From Microgenomates group bacterium (GTDB lineage Bacteria > Patescibacteriota > Microgenomatia > UBA12405): 64,000 nucleotides of DNA. Location of the stretch: positions 199,494-263,493 of the forward strand of contig JBAQNJ010000001.1 of NCBI GenBank assembly GCA_049303675.1. The letters run 5' to 3'. Shown here in pieces: positions 36,172 to 46,100 of the stretch. The translations under genes and the position numbers were made by a program. Under the pieces are notes generated by a model. That model had not been told where the DNA came from. It made no database searches and saw nothing but the letters and a program-made list of their open reading frames with translations. Each line of letters begins with the position of its first letter. Within the stretch, counting starts at the first letter, position 1.

Positions 36172-37986
36172 CTAGACTATTCTATAGCTACTAAACCGAT
36201 CATCTTGGCCTAGACACTCAATCAACAATGCTTCTTGTTCCGCGGTCATCCCTGCCACAGTTATTCTAATATTAAATATGCCGCCTCTTGTTTTTTGATC
36301 TGTGCTGACAATGTTTTTGCCCATTTCTTTTATTCTTTGTGTCACTGCCTCCAATATTCCCACTTGATCATTTCCGGCCAGTCTTACTGAAGTCAGCCCC
36401 AGTTCCTGTTTAGTAATTTTTGCCTCATCCAATGCCAAGTTAACATCTTTTGCAGATATTGTTCCATAACCCAGTAAAAAATAAAAATAATTTTCATTAT
36501 TGGCTCCAAAAGTAAAATATATTTGTTTAGCCCGATCATCTATATCTTCCAGTACCAATAATCCTCTTGGAGCCAATATTTCTTCCATTAGTATTTTTCC
36601 CTGCTCCACCCAATCTCCACGTCTTTCCACACTTCTTAACCGGAGTATTTCATCTCTTGTAGTGGGCAAGCAATAATCCTCGAGAAATTTTAATGGTGCC
36701 AATCTACTCTCACCAGTAACAATTTTTACCAAACTCGCGTTAGGAATGATGGCCGAAATATCTACTGGCTCGCCGTCGACAAACATTATTCTTTGGGCAT
36801 TAATTAATAGTTGTCTATTAATCGTCAGTGCAAAGTCAACTCCAGTCGCCTTTTCTGGCAAAAATCTCAGCCTGCCAGCAGGGGTGAACACAAACTTTAG
36901 ATTATAATCTTTTAAATCAGTATTTCCCTTGTTAATTTTGTCGATTATTCCCCAATTATTAAAATCTTCCATTTCTTTGGTCACAATTGCTATTTCCACT
37001 GGTCCCTGAGGAAATTTCATCGTAGTTTGCAGTGCTTCATAGCCGTTTACTCTGGCGTTATCCCCAATAAATTCATCAAATCTTTCAAAATCAATTTGTA
37101 CTCCTCGATTATCATGTATTACACCTAGTAATTGTCTACACTCCTCCCTTGACTTCACCACTACCCTAATACTCAATAGATCATTTATATTTTCAAAACT
37201 ATCTGGATTTCCTTCTTCTCCCATGGCCATCTTCACCCGTTTTTCTTTTAGTGCCCAATAGCCATTTTTTCTCAATTCAATAGTTCCTTCAACCCCGCTT
37301 GCCTCCATTAATTGTCTCAGGTCACTCGATACATAGCTCGTAAACAAGCTATTCAATCTTTGATCACTGTCAACTTCATCCACAATTTTTTGATAACCCT
37401 CAGGATCAATATATTTAAAACACAAATCTTCCAAATCCCTTTTTACTTTCCATATTCCCAGAGATTCGGCCAACTTTGTGTACACGTCCAGTGTTTCAGT
37501 TGATTTTTCTATTTGTTTTTCCGGACTCATAAATTCCAGTGTTCGCATGTTATGCAGTCTGTCCGCTAGCTTGACAATCGCCACCTTTGGATTTAAATGC
37601 GTCTTTTTAAGTACTTTAGCCAATGTTTGTTGATCTGTTCCTGTCTCTAGTTTAGTTACCCCCTCGACAATCTCCGCCACTTCATCACCAAATTCTTCTC
37701 TGACCTGTTCAATAGTTATCGATGAATCTTCAACTGCGTCATGGAGTATTCCCGCTGCTAGGGTATTTTCATCTTGTATGCCCCACTCTTGTTCCAATAT
37801 TTTTAGTACGGCGACACAATGATTAAAGTATGGCTCACCCGAATGTCTTTTCTGCCCCTCATGAGATTTAGATGCCAAATTATATGCCGCCGTCAACTTT
37901 TCCGATTCAAACAATATTTCACCTACCTTATCGCCCTTACTTACCCTATCTGGATACATGGAGGATTGTAGCGCCTCTCTCCCCAA
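36172..37986 (-). CDS. rel: RelA/SpoT-homolog bifunctional (p)ppGpp synthetase/hydrolase (short, 604 aa)
   Basis: HD hydrolase motif HSGEPYFNHCVAV...GILHDAVED. The synthetase region and a C-terminal ACT-like region are present. Confidence 0.85.
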   Translation of the reverse strand: MGREALQSSMYPDRVSKGDKVGEILFESEKLTAAYNLASKSHEGQKRHSGEPYFNHCVAVLKILEQEWGIQDENTLAAGILHDAVEDSSITIEQVREEFGDEVAEIVEGVTKLETGTDQQTLAKVLKKTHLNPKVAIVKLADRLHNMRTLEFMSPEKQIEKSTETLDVYTKLAESLGIWKVKRDLEDLCFKYIDPEGYQKIVDEVDSDQRLNSLFTSYVSSDLRQLMEASGVEGTIELRKNGYWALKEKRVKMAMGEEGNPDSFENINDLLSIRVVVKSREECRQLLGVIHDNRGVQIDFERFDEFIGDNARVNGYEALQTTMKFPQGPVEIAIVTKEMEDFNNWGIIDKINKGNTDLKDYNLKFVFTPAGRLRFLPEKATGVDFALTINRQLLINAQRIMFVDGEPVDISAIIPNASLVKIVTGESRLAPLKFLEDYCLPTTRDEILRLRSVERRGDWVEQGKILMEEILAPRGLLVLEDIDDRAKQIYFTFGANNENYFYFLLGYGTISAKDVNLALDEAKITKQELGLTSVRLAGNDQVGILEAVTQRIKEMGKNIVSTDQKTRGGIFNIRITVAGMTAEQEALLIECLGQDDRFSSYRIV

Positions 37987-37998
37987 ATATCAATTATC

Positions 37999-39459
37999 TT
38001 ATATCCACCTACCTGTTGGCAGCTCAAATTTTCGATCCATTTTTAGCTCAGTTATAAATTCTGGTGTGTGGGATACCAATATCATCGATCCACTGTAGGC
38101 TTTCAGTGCCTCCAAAATTAATCTTTGCGACAATACATCTAGATAAGTTGTTGGTTCATCCAGTACCAGCAAATTATAGTTTTGACCTAGTAGCAGGGCA
38201 ATTGCCAATCTAGTCTTCTCACCCCCAGACAGGGTTTTCACTTTTTGGACTACTTTATCTGCGCCAAACAAAAATCGGCCGAGGTGTCCTCGCAGAGTTT
38301 GTTCTGGTAGGGGACAGGCCTCTTTCATTGTTTCTATGACCGTTTTATCAAAATCAAATGTCTCAAATTCTTGGCTATAGTAGCCAATATTTAGTTTTTC
38401 GTCTCGCTCAATCTCCCCGCTATCCGCCGCTTGTAGTCCCATTAATATTTTTATTAGAGTACTTTTACCCACCCCATTTGGTCCCATTAGGGCAATTTTC
38501 TCACCTCGACTTATATCAAAATCAATATTCTCCAGCACTATTTTACTGCCATAGCTCTTGTTTATCCCCACCATCATCAGTGGCACTGCCCCCATTCTCG
38601 CTGGCTCGGGTAACTTTATTTTAAATTTTCTGGCCTCGGCGGGCATTGTTGGTAGACTGGTTTCCATTCCCTCAATTCTTTTTTCCAGTTGTAATCTCTG
38701 CCTCACCCCCTTACTTGACTTGACATGACTCATTTTCAGCCAGCCTTTTTTCATCCGCACGATGTGTCTCTCTTGGACATGGATTTGACGTACCAGCAGT
38801 GCCTCCTTATCGCCTTTTAGTTTTACGTACTCCGTATAATTTCCCCGATACTCATCAATTGTCTTTTTCTGACCATTAATTTCCAATATCTTGTCTATGG
38901 CTCCATCGAGTAAATTCAAATCATGAGAAATAATTAATAAGGTTTTGGGATATTTACCCAAAAATTCCATTACCCATTTCTTTCCGGCTGTATCGAGGAA
39001 ATTTGTTGGTTCGTCCAGTAGTAACACATCAGGGGAGGCGATTAGCGCCCGTACTATGGCCAGTTTAGTCTTTTGGCCACCACTCATCTTTACTGGCTTA
39101 TCTTCCAAATCATATTCACCCAATTCCATTTTGGCCAAGAGTCGCCTGATTTCGTAATCTTCATGGCTATTTTTTGGATCTACATATTCCCTTACCGATC
39201 GGGCTTTTTCCATCTGCTCGTCGTACTTCACTTCTTGGGGTACTCCCATAACCGTCCCCTCGACTTTAATAGTTCCCTCATCAGGCTGATCCTCCCCCAT
39301 AATTAGTTTGAAAAGGGTTGATTTACCCGAGCCATTTTGTCCCACAATTCCCACTTTCTCTCCCTTGCCCACAAAAAATTCTGTCTCCGTAAAAATCGGC
39401 TCTTTGCTATATCTATATGTAATATTTCTCCCCAAAATCATTCCCCATTCTACCATCAA
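37999..39459 (-). CDS. ABC-F family ATPase (two NBDs, no TM)
   Basis: Two Walker A sites (GQNGSGKST and GPNGVGKST) and two signature motifs (MSGGQKTKL and LSGGEKTRL). Confidence 0.85.
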   Translation of the reverse strand: MMVEWGMILGRNITYRYSKEPIFTETEFFVGKGEKVGIVGQNGSGKSTLFKLIMGEDQPDEGTIKVEGTVMGVPQEVKYDEQMEKARSVREYVDPKNSHEDYEIRRLLAKMELGEYDLEDKPVKMSGGQKTKLAIVRALIASPDVLLLDEPTNFLDTAGKKWVMEFLGKYPKTLLIISHDLNLLDGAIDKILEINGQKKTIDEYRGNYTEYVKLKGDKEALLVRQIHVQERHIVRMKKGWLKMSHVKSSKGVRQRLQLEKRIEGMETSLPTMPAEARKFKIKLPEPARMGAVPLMMVGINKSYGSKIVLENIDFDISRGEKIALMGPNGVGKSTLIKILMGLQAADSGEIERDEKLNIGYYSQEFETFDFDKTVIETMKEACPLPEQTLRGHLGRFLFGADKVVQKVKTLSGGEKTRLAIALLLGQNYNLLVLDEPTTYLDVLSQRLILEALKAYSGSMILVSHTPEFITELKMDRKFELPTGRWI

Positions 39460-39482
39460 ATTTACAAATCAGCAGTGTCAAT

Positions 39483-39923
39483 TCAAGAAATCTGTTTACA
39501 AAATTTCTGATACTTCTCTAGACTCTCAATATATTTTTGAGCCCTAGGGGAGCATCTTTCAAATTTATATTTTACTTGTTTAATCGCTCCGGCCATGCCT
39601 TTATATCCAATATAAAAATCCAAATTATTATCAAAAAAGGAAATACTATCAGCATCCCTTAGAATATTAGCCTCTGTATTTCCGCCAACTTCGTGCAATC
39701 TCACCAAGTTGGTTACCTCGATAATCACTTTTTTATCGATAGCATACTTTTTCAAGATATTTTCTAAAATTTTTGCCCCTTTTTCACTGTGGGCCCTCTT
39801 ATATTCCTCATGACTCTCAAAATCCTTATCCATAAATCTTGGTAAAATTCCTCTTTCAATGTCGTGAGCAAGTGCGGCAATTTGCAGGGCGGCATGGCAG
39901 ATGGCTTTAACTTTTTCACCCAA
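39483..39923 (-). CDS. HD-domain phosphohydrolase
   Basis: H...HD...D pattern (AALQIAALAHDIER ... LRDADS). Confidence 0.55.
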   Translation of the reverse strand: MGEKVKAICHAALQIAALAHDIERGILPRFMDKDFESHEEYKRAHSEKGAKILENILKKYAIDKKVIIEVTNLVRLHEVGGNTEANILRDADSISFFDNNLDFYIGYKGMAGAIKQVKYKFERCSPRAQKYIESLEKYQKFCKQIS

Positions 39924-40093
39924 AATAGAGTATTTTGTGCATGTGATATTTCTCTGCCATGTTCAGATCTATCCAAAATACTCAATATTTCTTTTTTTAA
40001 TGCAAGTGGAATCATGGTTATTTTTCAAATATATTTCAATATTCGCAGCAACTATTTTTTGGATAGCAAATTAGACAGTGGTACATGAATTAA

Positions 40094-40345
40094 TTATACC
40101 TTGTCACTCCATTTAATATGCCTTTTTATAAATTCTCTACCAGAACCTGTTTTCATATATTTTTCAAATCGAAAGGCAACTTTTTCATCAGTGAAAGCAA
40201 AATATGCAATTAGTTTCCAAGGTCTTAGATTTTTTGTTGCTGGAACAAATCCCTTATTGTGTCTTTGAAATCTATCTTTCAAATCATTAGTACAACCAAC
40301 ATAAGGAATTTTGTCTTTGTTTTCTAGAAAGTAAACATAAAACAC
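40094..40345 (-). CDS. GIY-YIG nuclease superfamily protein (UPF0213/YhbQ-like)
   Basis: YVYFLENKDKIPYVGCTNDLKDRFQRHN contains GIY...YVG plus the conserved R and N. Confidence 0.75.
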   Translation of the reverse strand: MFYVYFLENKDKIPYVGCTNDLKDRFQRHNKGFVPATKNLRPWKLIAYFAFTDEKVAFRFEKYMKTGSGREFIKRHIKWSDKV

Positions 40346-40468
40346 AATTAAATAATACTCTCTTTCTCGTTAAGCGGATTTATCCGCCGGAGCAGGGTGT
40401 AGTACAGTCATAGAAAAGCTTACTCTAATCGAAAACAACCCGCCTACGTTATCACCCAGCGGGCGTAG

Positions 40469-40510
40469 GCGGAGCATTAGGATCTGGAACCTTCCTGTCC
40501 CTATAACCCA
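40469..40510 (+). repeat. direct repeat copy 1 (about 42 nt) ending exactly at the ATG of ORF 40510
   Basis: ggcggagcattaggatctggaaccttcctgtccctataaccc. Confidence 0.6.
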
Positions 40511-40860
40511 TGTCTAAACTTAATGGCAATATTTTGAAAATTCTTATATACTATTCTTGTATGGGATATAACGAAAACCATATTCAGTCAACTCTATCAC
40601 AAGCAGTTGCCGACATGAAGCAATACTATCCTCGTGTTGAAGTACTATCCAACTTTCGTCGTGCTTCCGATGGTCACCCCACCCGGGTTACTTTGACAGT
40701 CATCGGTTTTTCTGATACTGGTTATAACGAAAGAACTTTACCCCTTCGTCATCCACGCCACCCTGGTGAACAGTCACTTATAGCCCAAAAACGTATGCTT
40801 GATCATGAAATCGGTCTTCGATGTCTTACTATCCGTCCGGATGTTGAAATCAATAGTTAG
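40510..40860 (+). CDS. hypothetical protein (116 aa) bracketed by about 42-nt direct repeats
   Basis: ORF only. Its composition is somewhat GC-richer than the surroundings. Confidence 0.45.
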   Translation: MSKLNGNILKILIYYSCMGYNENHIQSTLSQAVADMKQYYPRVEVLSNFRRASDGHPTRVTLTVIGFSDTGYNERTLPLRHPRHPGEQSLIAQKRMLDHEIGLRCLTIRPDVEINS

Positions 40861-40862
40861 TT

Positions 40863-40906
40863 GGCGGAGCATTGGGGTCTGGAATCTTTCTGTCCCTATA
40901 ACACCC
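40863..40906 (+). repeat. direct repeat copy 2, starting 2 nt after the ORF stop
   Basis: ggcggagcattggggtctggaatctttctgtccctataacaccc, about 85 percent identical to copy 1. Confidence 0.6.
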
Positions 40907-41046
40907 TCTTACCCACTGTCTCATTCTATCAAAGATTTAAAGCTAAATGAGACAAATGAGACGGTTTAAAATGGAACTTAAAACTTGTGATGTAGTTTGA
41001 CATATAAATATCTTTGCCCCAAATGTTTTTAGTTTCAAGCCAACAG

Positions 41047-41079
41047 GGCATGACTTAAATAAAATAAGCAGGTTGAAGT
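41047..41079 (-). terminator. rho-independent terminator (aagcag-loop-ctgctt plus a T-run on the minus strand)
   Basis: Seen directly. Confidence 0.5.
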
Positions 41080-41109
41080 AAATCTGCTTATAAATATAAC
41101 AAGATAACT

Positions 41110-41337
41110 CTAATCTAGATTATCCAAATATACTCTGTAGTTATTGGCCGTTTTGCCTTTTTTGGCGGCTTCAACTATAGCCTGATCATTTTTATCGGAC
41201 TCATCCTGGATAGCTTGTGGTATATTTATTCCGTCCAGAGAAAGGATATCGCCTAGTTCGGCACCCACAGGGGCGTGGACAAAACGATTAAGGGCTCGAC
41301 GAAGACCTGAATCAATTGAGATTTTTAGTTTATCCAT
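41110..41337 (-). CDS. hypothetical protein (75 aa)
   Basis: ORF only. Confidence 0.4.
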   Translation of the reverse strand: MDKLKISIDSGLRRALNRFVHAPVGAELGDILSLDGINIPQAIQDESDKNDQAIVEAAKKGKTANNYRVYLDNLD

Positions 41338-41485
41338 AATTGTCAGATTTTACCACGTATTTTCAACTTTATTTATTGTTGCTCAAATTTATACCTATTT
41401 CTGGGTTTTATGTTCGCTGGCAAATTAATCTACTTTCAATGTGGATTATAACTCACAACTTTAGGTATATAATTCCCCTATAAAT

Positions 41486-42064
41486 ATGACCGAAATTGAA
41501 ATTCGAGGCAAATTATCAAAAGACAAATTTGACGAGCTATTTAAGCTATTAACCAGTGGTGGAGAATTGGCTGATCACTACCATCGTCTATCAATTGATT
41601 TATCTTCGGGTTTCGATCCCACTACAAAAACATGGAAAAACAGCAGTGGTACGGATATCAGATTAAAGAAAAGTGATGATAAAGAAAAACTATCGGTAAA
41701 AATGGGTAGTTTTCACGAAAAAGAAAGAAAAGAGGTTGAGGTCAAACTCCAAACAGGACAATTCCTCAGTGCTCTAGACTTCTTGGAGGCTCTAGGGTAT
41801 CAAAATGGCATGATTTATTATTGGGAAAGTTGGGAATTCAATTATCGGGGTGTCGAGATTAAATTATCAAAATATACCGATGATTATTTTACTTTTGAAA
41901 TCGAAGGTAAAGAGAATACTGACGTTGATGCGATTGCTGAGGATTTTGAACTAACTCAATACTCTCAAGAGCAATACCGACAAGTGATTGACTGGGAGAA
42001 CCAAAATATTCATCAACTATACACTCGAGAACTAACCGAAAATTTGTTAAAAAGTGAATTTTAA
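41486..42064 (+). CDS. CYTH-domain (triphosphate tunnel metalloenzyme, CyaB-like) protein
   Basis: N-terminal EIEIRGKL (ExExK motif), and alternating acidic residues along the predicted beta-strands. Confidence 0.55.
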   Translation: MTEIEIRGKLSKDKFDELFKLLTSGGELADHYHRLSIDLSSGFDPTTKTWKNSSGTDIRLKKSDDKEKLSVKMGSFHEKERKEVEVKLQTGQFLSALDFLEALGYQNGMIYYWESWEFNYRGVEIKLSKYTDDYFTFEIEGKENTDVDAIAEDFELTQYSQEQYRQVIDWENQNIHQLYTRELTENLLKSEF

Positions 42065-42611
42065 TATGCACATAATCTATCTTTCAGGAGGAAGTGTCCG
42101 CAATAAGATTTGGATCGAAGAAATTAAATCGAAATTCGATAAATTTTCTGATGGCCAAATTCTGTATTATTCTCATTGGGAAACGGGTGAGAAAAATCTA
42201 AATTTTGAAATTGAAACTAAGAAACTATCAGAACTAGTTGCGGGTAAAGATGAATATTTTGTCTTTGCCAAATCCATCGGTTCAATTTTGGCACTAAAAA
42301 GCATTTATGAAAAAGTTATTAGCCCCAAAAAGATGGTGATTTGCGGTCATCCCTATAATTTAGCCAAAGAGCTAGGATTTCCTATTGATGACTATTTAAA
42401 ATCGTTGACTATCTCTACAATTTTCTTCCAAAACGAATTCGACCCATTATTTAGTTATGCTGATCTTGAAAAAGTTTTAGGAGAGAATATTGCGTCTGAT
42501 TATCACTTAATAAAAAATCCAGATAACAACACTCATGATTATGAGGACTTTGAAAAATTGACAGAAGTCGCAAACAAGTCGTTTACCGCTATGCAACCTC
42601 CAATTGTCTAA
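42054..42611 (+). CDS. alpha/beta-hydrolase-like protein (overlaps the CYTH gene by 11 nt)
   Basis: Nucleophile-elbow-like FAKSIGS. The fold call is tentative. Confidence 0.4.
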   Translation: MNFNMHIIYLSGGSVRNKIWIEEIKSKFDKFSDGQILYYSHWETGEKNLNFEIETKKLSELVAGKDEYFVFAKSIGSILALKSIYEKVISPKKMVICGHPYNLAKELGFPIDDYLKSLTISTIFFQNEFDPLFSYADLEKVLGENIASDYHLIKNPDNNTHDYEDFEKLTEVANKSFTAMQPPIV

Positions 42612-43443
42612 GGTAATTTATTGAATTTTGAACTAAATCAATTTTATTTTCTTTTCCTTCAGGCTCAATTGAAAAAAAGCCATCATATCCATTCTTTAAT
42701 AAGATTCTAAACAATGATTTATAAGGTATATCACCTTTACCCAACTCAACCACCGCTTTGTTTTTCTCATCAAAATCCTTTAGGTGAATATATTCAATTG
42801 AATCAACAGTTTTTTCAAAATCATTAATTCCAATAGGCTGTCCTATTACATAGGTGTTGCCAATGTCTAACAATAATTTATAGTTGTCTCCATACAGATT
42901 TTTGAAGTTTAGTATTTGTGAAGTGGAATAGAAATATGTTGATAAACCGTTTTCAAGTAACAAATCAATGTGATTATCTCTTGCCTGAGTAAGAGCTAAT
43001 TCGTATAGGTCACTTTCTTCATTCCAAAAAGAATCATTTTCTTGACCTTCGCTTTTTATCAAAGAAAATATCCTTACATATTTAGTTTCGAAAATCTTGG
43101 CTACTACAAAAGCCTTCATTATATAATCTATCTTCGTGTGTTTCGGTATATATTTATTAAAACCAAACATGAGATCGTTATGGGTCAGATCCCTAGTATC
43201 TTGATTGTCGCTCTCCGGACACCACTTGAACAGTGGTGATGCAATTGCCGAAACTTGAATATTATTACGATCAAGTTTTTCTTTTATGTTATTAATTTCT
43301 TCGATAGTACAGTCGAGAATATTTTTATTACCAATGTATCGTAATTCAACATAATCAATATGGTTACTTACCAAAAACTTTAAACTTTCGTCGAAGTTGT
43401 CACTAATTTCATCATTGATAACTGATAATTTGGGAATGTTCAC
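42589..43443 (-). CDS. sugar phosphate isomerase/epimerase (xylose-isomerase-like TIM barrel)
   Basis: Size and pattern (VELRY...E...H.KD...E) fit. Confidence 0.6.
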   Translation of the reverse strand: MNIPKLSVINDEISDNFDESLKFLVSNHIDYVELRYIGNKNILDCTIEEINNIKEKLDRNNIQVSAIASPLFKWCPESDNQDTRDLTHNDLMFGFNKYIPKHTKIDYIMKAFVVAKIFETKYVRIFSLIKSEGQENDSFWNEESDLYELALTQARDNHIDLLLENGLSTYFYSTSQILNFKNLYGDNYKLLLDIGNTYVIGQPIGINDFEKTVDSIEYIHLKDFDEKNKAVVELGKGDIPYKSLFRILLKNGYDGFFSIEPEGKENKIDLVQNSINYLRQLEVA

Positions 43444-43458
43444 TGTTTTTATTAAAAA

Positions 43459-44175
43459 CTATAAATGAATACCATTGTTGACATCGATACATACTCCATT
43501 AATGTATCTTGGGCTTGATGTAGCAAGCCAAAATATAGTCTCAGCAATTTCTTCAACAGTCGCGTATCTTTTCTCAATAGATGATGCCTTAAAAGCCTCT
43601 TTTCTCTCTTTGGGTGCAGTCTGTAACATGTCAGTATCCACTGGCCCGGGTGCCACACAATTTATAACAATACCCTCAGGACCTAATATTTTTGAAAAAC
43701 TCTTTGTAACATTAACAATACCAGCTTTGGCGATACCATACCAAATATCAGAGTGGCCAACATGAGCTGCCATTGAAGAAAGATTAACGATCCTTCCATT
43801 CTTTTTCTTAATCATACTTTTTGAAAATTCTTTGATCAGTTCAATTGGCGCAAAGAGATCGAGTGTTAACATTTCATCCTGTTTCTTAGCTGGGTAATTG
43901 TCATACGGTAGTGCGTTTAGAATACCTGCATTGTTTACTAGTATGTCGATGTTTCCAACGTCTATTATGAGTTTTGGAATATTGTCTAAATCTAGAAGGT
44001 TGTATTCTATACAGCGCACTTTTGAAACTATTGACTTTGGAAATTTTGAAAAATCTTTATCGACAATGATGATTTCGTACGAATTTTTATCTTCAATAAA
44101 CTTTTTTACTGTGGCTAAGCCGATTCCTTTACCACCACCTGTAATTAAAACTCGGGGAATATAATTATCACTCAT
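43459..44175 (-). CDS. SDR-family oxidoreductase
   Basis: TGGGKGIG Rossmann motif. NAG and YxxxK-like motifs present (YGIAKAG). Confidence 0.85.
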   Translation of the reverse strand: MSDNYIPRVLITGGGKGIGLATVKKFIEDKNSYEIIIVDKDFSKFPKSIVSKVRCIEYNLLDLDNIPKLIIDVGNIDILVNNAGILNALPYDNYPAKKQDEMLTLDLFAPIELIKEFSKSMIKKKNGRIVNLSSMAAHVGHSDIWYGIAKAGIVNVTKSFSKILGPEGIVINCVAPGPVDTDMLQTAPKERKEAFKASSIEKRYATVEEIAETIFWLATSSPRYINGVCIDVNNGIHL

Positions 44176-44225
44176 CTGTTTTCAAAGAATATTTAACTTG
44201 AGACATTATAACCCAACTTAAGCTA

Positions 44226-46097
44226 TTAAGACATCTTTATGACAACATTAATCTTAGATAAATTGGCTAAGATTTCATCTTTGATCAACTTAGTTTCCTT
44301 TGAAGTTATTTGTTTTTGACTGTCAAGAAACTCCAGAGATAGTGTTAAGTTATTTTCATACAGGCTTCTATATTCAACTTTAAAAACTTTTTTACTGGTC
44401 GCAGATATAATATTTGTAATTTCAGAGTAATTGTCTTTTGGGCTTATTACCAAAGTTAAATCCTCTTTAACGGAATTAAAATGACTCACAGGAATATAAG
44501 TTTTTGTTCTATTTGACCTAAGCAAAGCATCTTCAACGTCAAATTCATAAGACAAGATATTGTTTGGGTGGATTACAATGTTTGGTTGTTGATTGTCTAA
44601 ACCTACCTCATCAAACAGTGACTCGAGTACTCCTTTTAATCGTAGATACTCCACGTTTTTAGTTACCAGGGCTAAATGGACTGGTTGAAGCGGTAAGTCT
44701 CCAAGGCTAGGTAAATACACAGAAGCAATTTCAAACAACATAATCGACTCAGCGTAGTTTTGATTTCGTTTTAATACATCCAAAAGTTGAGGCGTTAATG
44801 AGGTTCGTAAGGTACAATAATCTTCGGTTAATGGGTTAACGATTTTAATGGCATTCTCCCCATCAGTCTTGATATTTGAAATTGATTTTGTATAACATTC
44901 AAAAAATCCTTGGTATTTAAGGTAATCTTTGATAATATCTTCTTGCTTAAAAATTGACTCCGAAGTTTTATCAGGAATTTGACCGTCTGGAATAATACCT
45001 TTGATATTGTAGTAACCATAAAGACGAATCACTTCTTCGGCCAAATCCTCAGGAATTTCAATATCGTTATACCTCCAAGAAGGAACAGTTACTTCTTTGT
45101 TCTCGACAACAAAACCAAGTTTAGTCAATAACTCGTCGATCTGGTTAGGACTGATTACGGTCCCGGAAATTAAATTAATTCGGTCATAATCTATTTTTAC
45201 TTTTTTTATCGGATAAACTTTATTTACAATATCAATCAAATCAGACGCAACAATGCTGTGTGAACTTTGATTAATCATTTCCACTGCCTGAGTCAGTGAG
45301 GGGATAACACCATCATGATCAATCCCTTTTTCAAAACGAAGGGCAGCATCAGTACGATGTCCCAAACTCATGGAAGCACGCCTAATGCGTAGTGGATCGT
45401 AGACTTGAACAAAAAGTAAAACACGTTTTGTATTTTCATCAACTTCGCTGTTTTTAGCACCCATGATTCCGCAAAGGTCAACCAATCGTCCTGAACCATC
45501 CTCGATGACAATAACACCATCTGGAAGTGTTCGAGAAGTGCCGTCTAGAGTTACTATTTGTTCACCTTGTTTAGATTCACGAACAACCATCTTATTGTCT
45601 TTGATCTTGTCATAGTCAAATGAATGCATCGGTTGACCCTTATCAATCATAATGTAGTTGGTGGTGTCAACAATGTTATCAATAGCACGAAGGCCAACTT
45701 TTTCAAGGCGACTACGGATAAGTGATGATGACTGAGTAGGTACTGCATTATCCAAAACGATGGCGCTAAAACGAGGCACCAGATCAGGATTAGCCAAAAC
45801 TACATTAAGAGAGTAAGTATTGCCGGGTTGAATATTGTATGAAGGTTGAGGTTTCTTTGAACACGAATATCCCATCAAAGGTAAAATGACGGCTAGTTCT
45901 CGCGATAGACCAAAAACCGAAAGGACATCTCCTCGATTGGGGGTAACCTCAACTTCGTAAATTGAATCACCATCATCCCAAGGGATAATTTTTTCAACAC
46001 TAAAGGCATGAAGTGAGAGGGCGCGAGCAATATCTTTCGGAGTTGCGTTAGTTTCAATATAGTCTCTAATCCAAGAGTCGGGAATTTTGACATTCAT
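44226..46097 (-). CDS. pheT: phenylalanine--tRNA ligase beta subunit (short form)
   Basis: Canonical start KIPDSWIRDYI. B3/4 and B5-like regions present. It sits directly downstream of pheS. Confidence 0.85.
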   Translation of the reverse strand: MNVKIPDSWIRDYIETNATPKDIARALSLHAFSVEKIIPWDDGDSIYEVEVTPNRGDVLSVFGLSRELAVILPLMGYSCSKKPQPSYNIQPGNTYSLNVVLANPDLVPRFSAIVLDNAVPTQSSSLIRSRLEKVGLRAIDNIVDTTNYIMIDKGQPMHSFDYDKIKDNKMVVRESKQGEQIVTLDGTSRTLPDGVIVIEDGSGRLVDLCGIMGAKNSEVDENTKRVLLFVQVYDPLRIRRASMSLGHRTDAALRFEKGIDHDGVIPSLTQAVEMINQSSHSIVASDLIDIVNKVYPIKKVKIDYDRINLISGTVISPNQIDELLTKLGFVVENKEVTVPSWRYNDIEIPEDLAEEVIRLYGYYNIKGIIPDGQIPDKTSESIFKQEDIIKDYLKYQGFFECYTKSISNIKTDGENAIKIVNPLTEDYCTLRTSLTPQLLDVLKRNQNYAESIMLFEIASVYLPSLGDLPLQPVHLALVTKNVEYLRLKGVLESLFDEVGLDNQQPNIVIHPNNILSYEFDVEDALLRSNRTKTYIPVSHFNSVKEDLTLVISPKDNYSEITNIISATSKKVFKVEYRSLYENNLTLSLEFLDSQKQITSKETKLIKDEILANLSKINVVIKMS

Positions 46098-46100
46098 ATT

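Noticed and set aside
39764-40015. 83-aa minus-strand ORF
   Set aside because: It overlaps the HD-domain gene in another frame and extends into the intergenic region. It has no support.
40400-40510. Possible SRP/4.5S RNA-like motif in the repeat (ctggaaccttcc)
   Set aside because: It does not match the conserved GGAAGGAAGCAGC domain IV sequence. It is left as an unexplained repeat.
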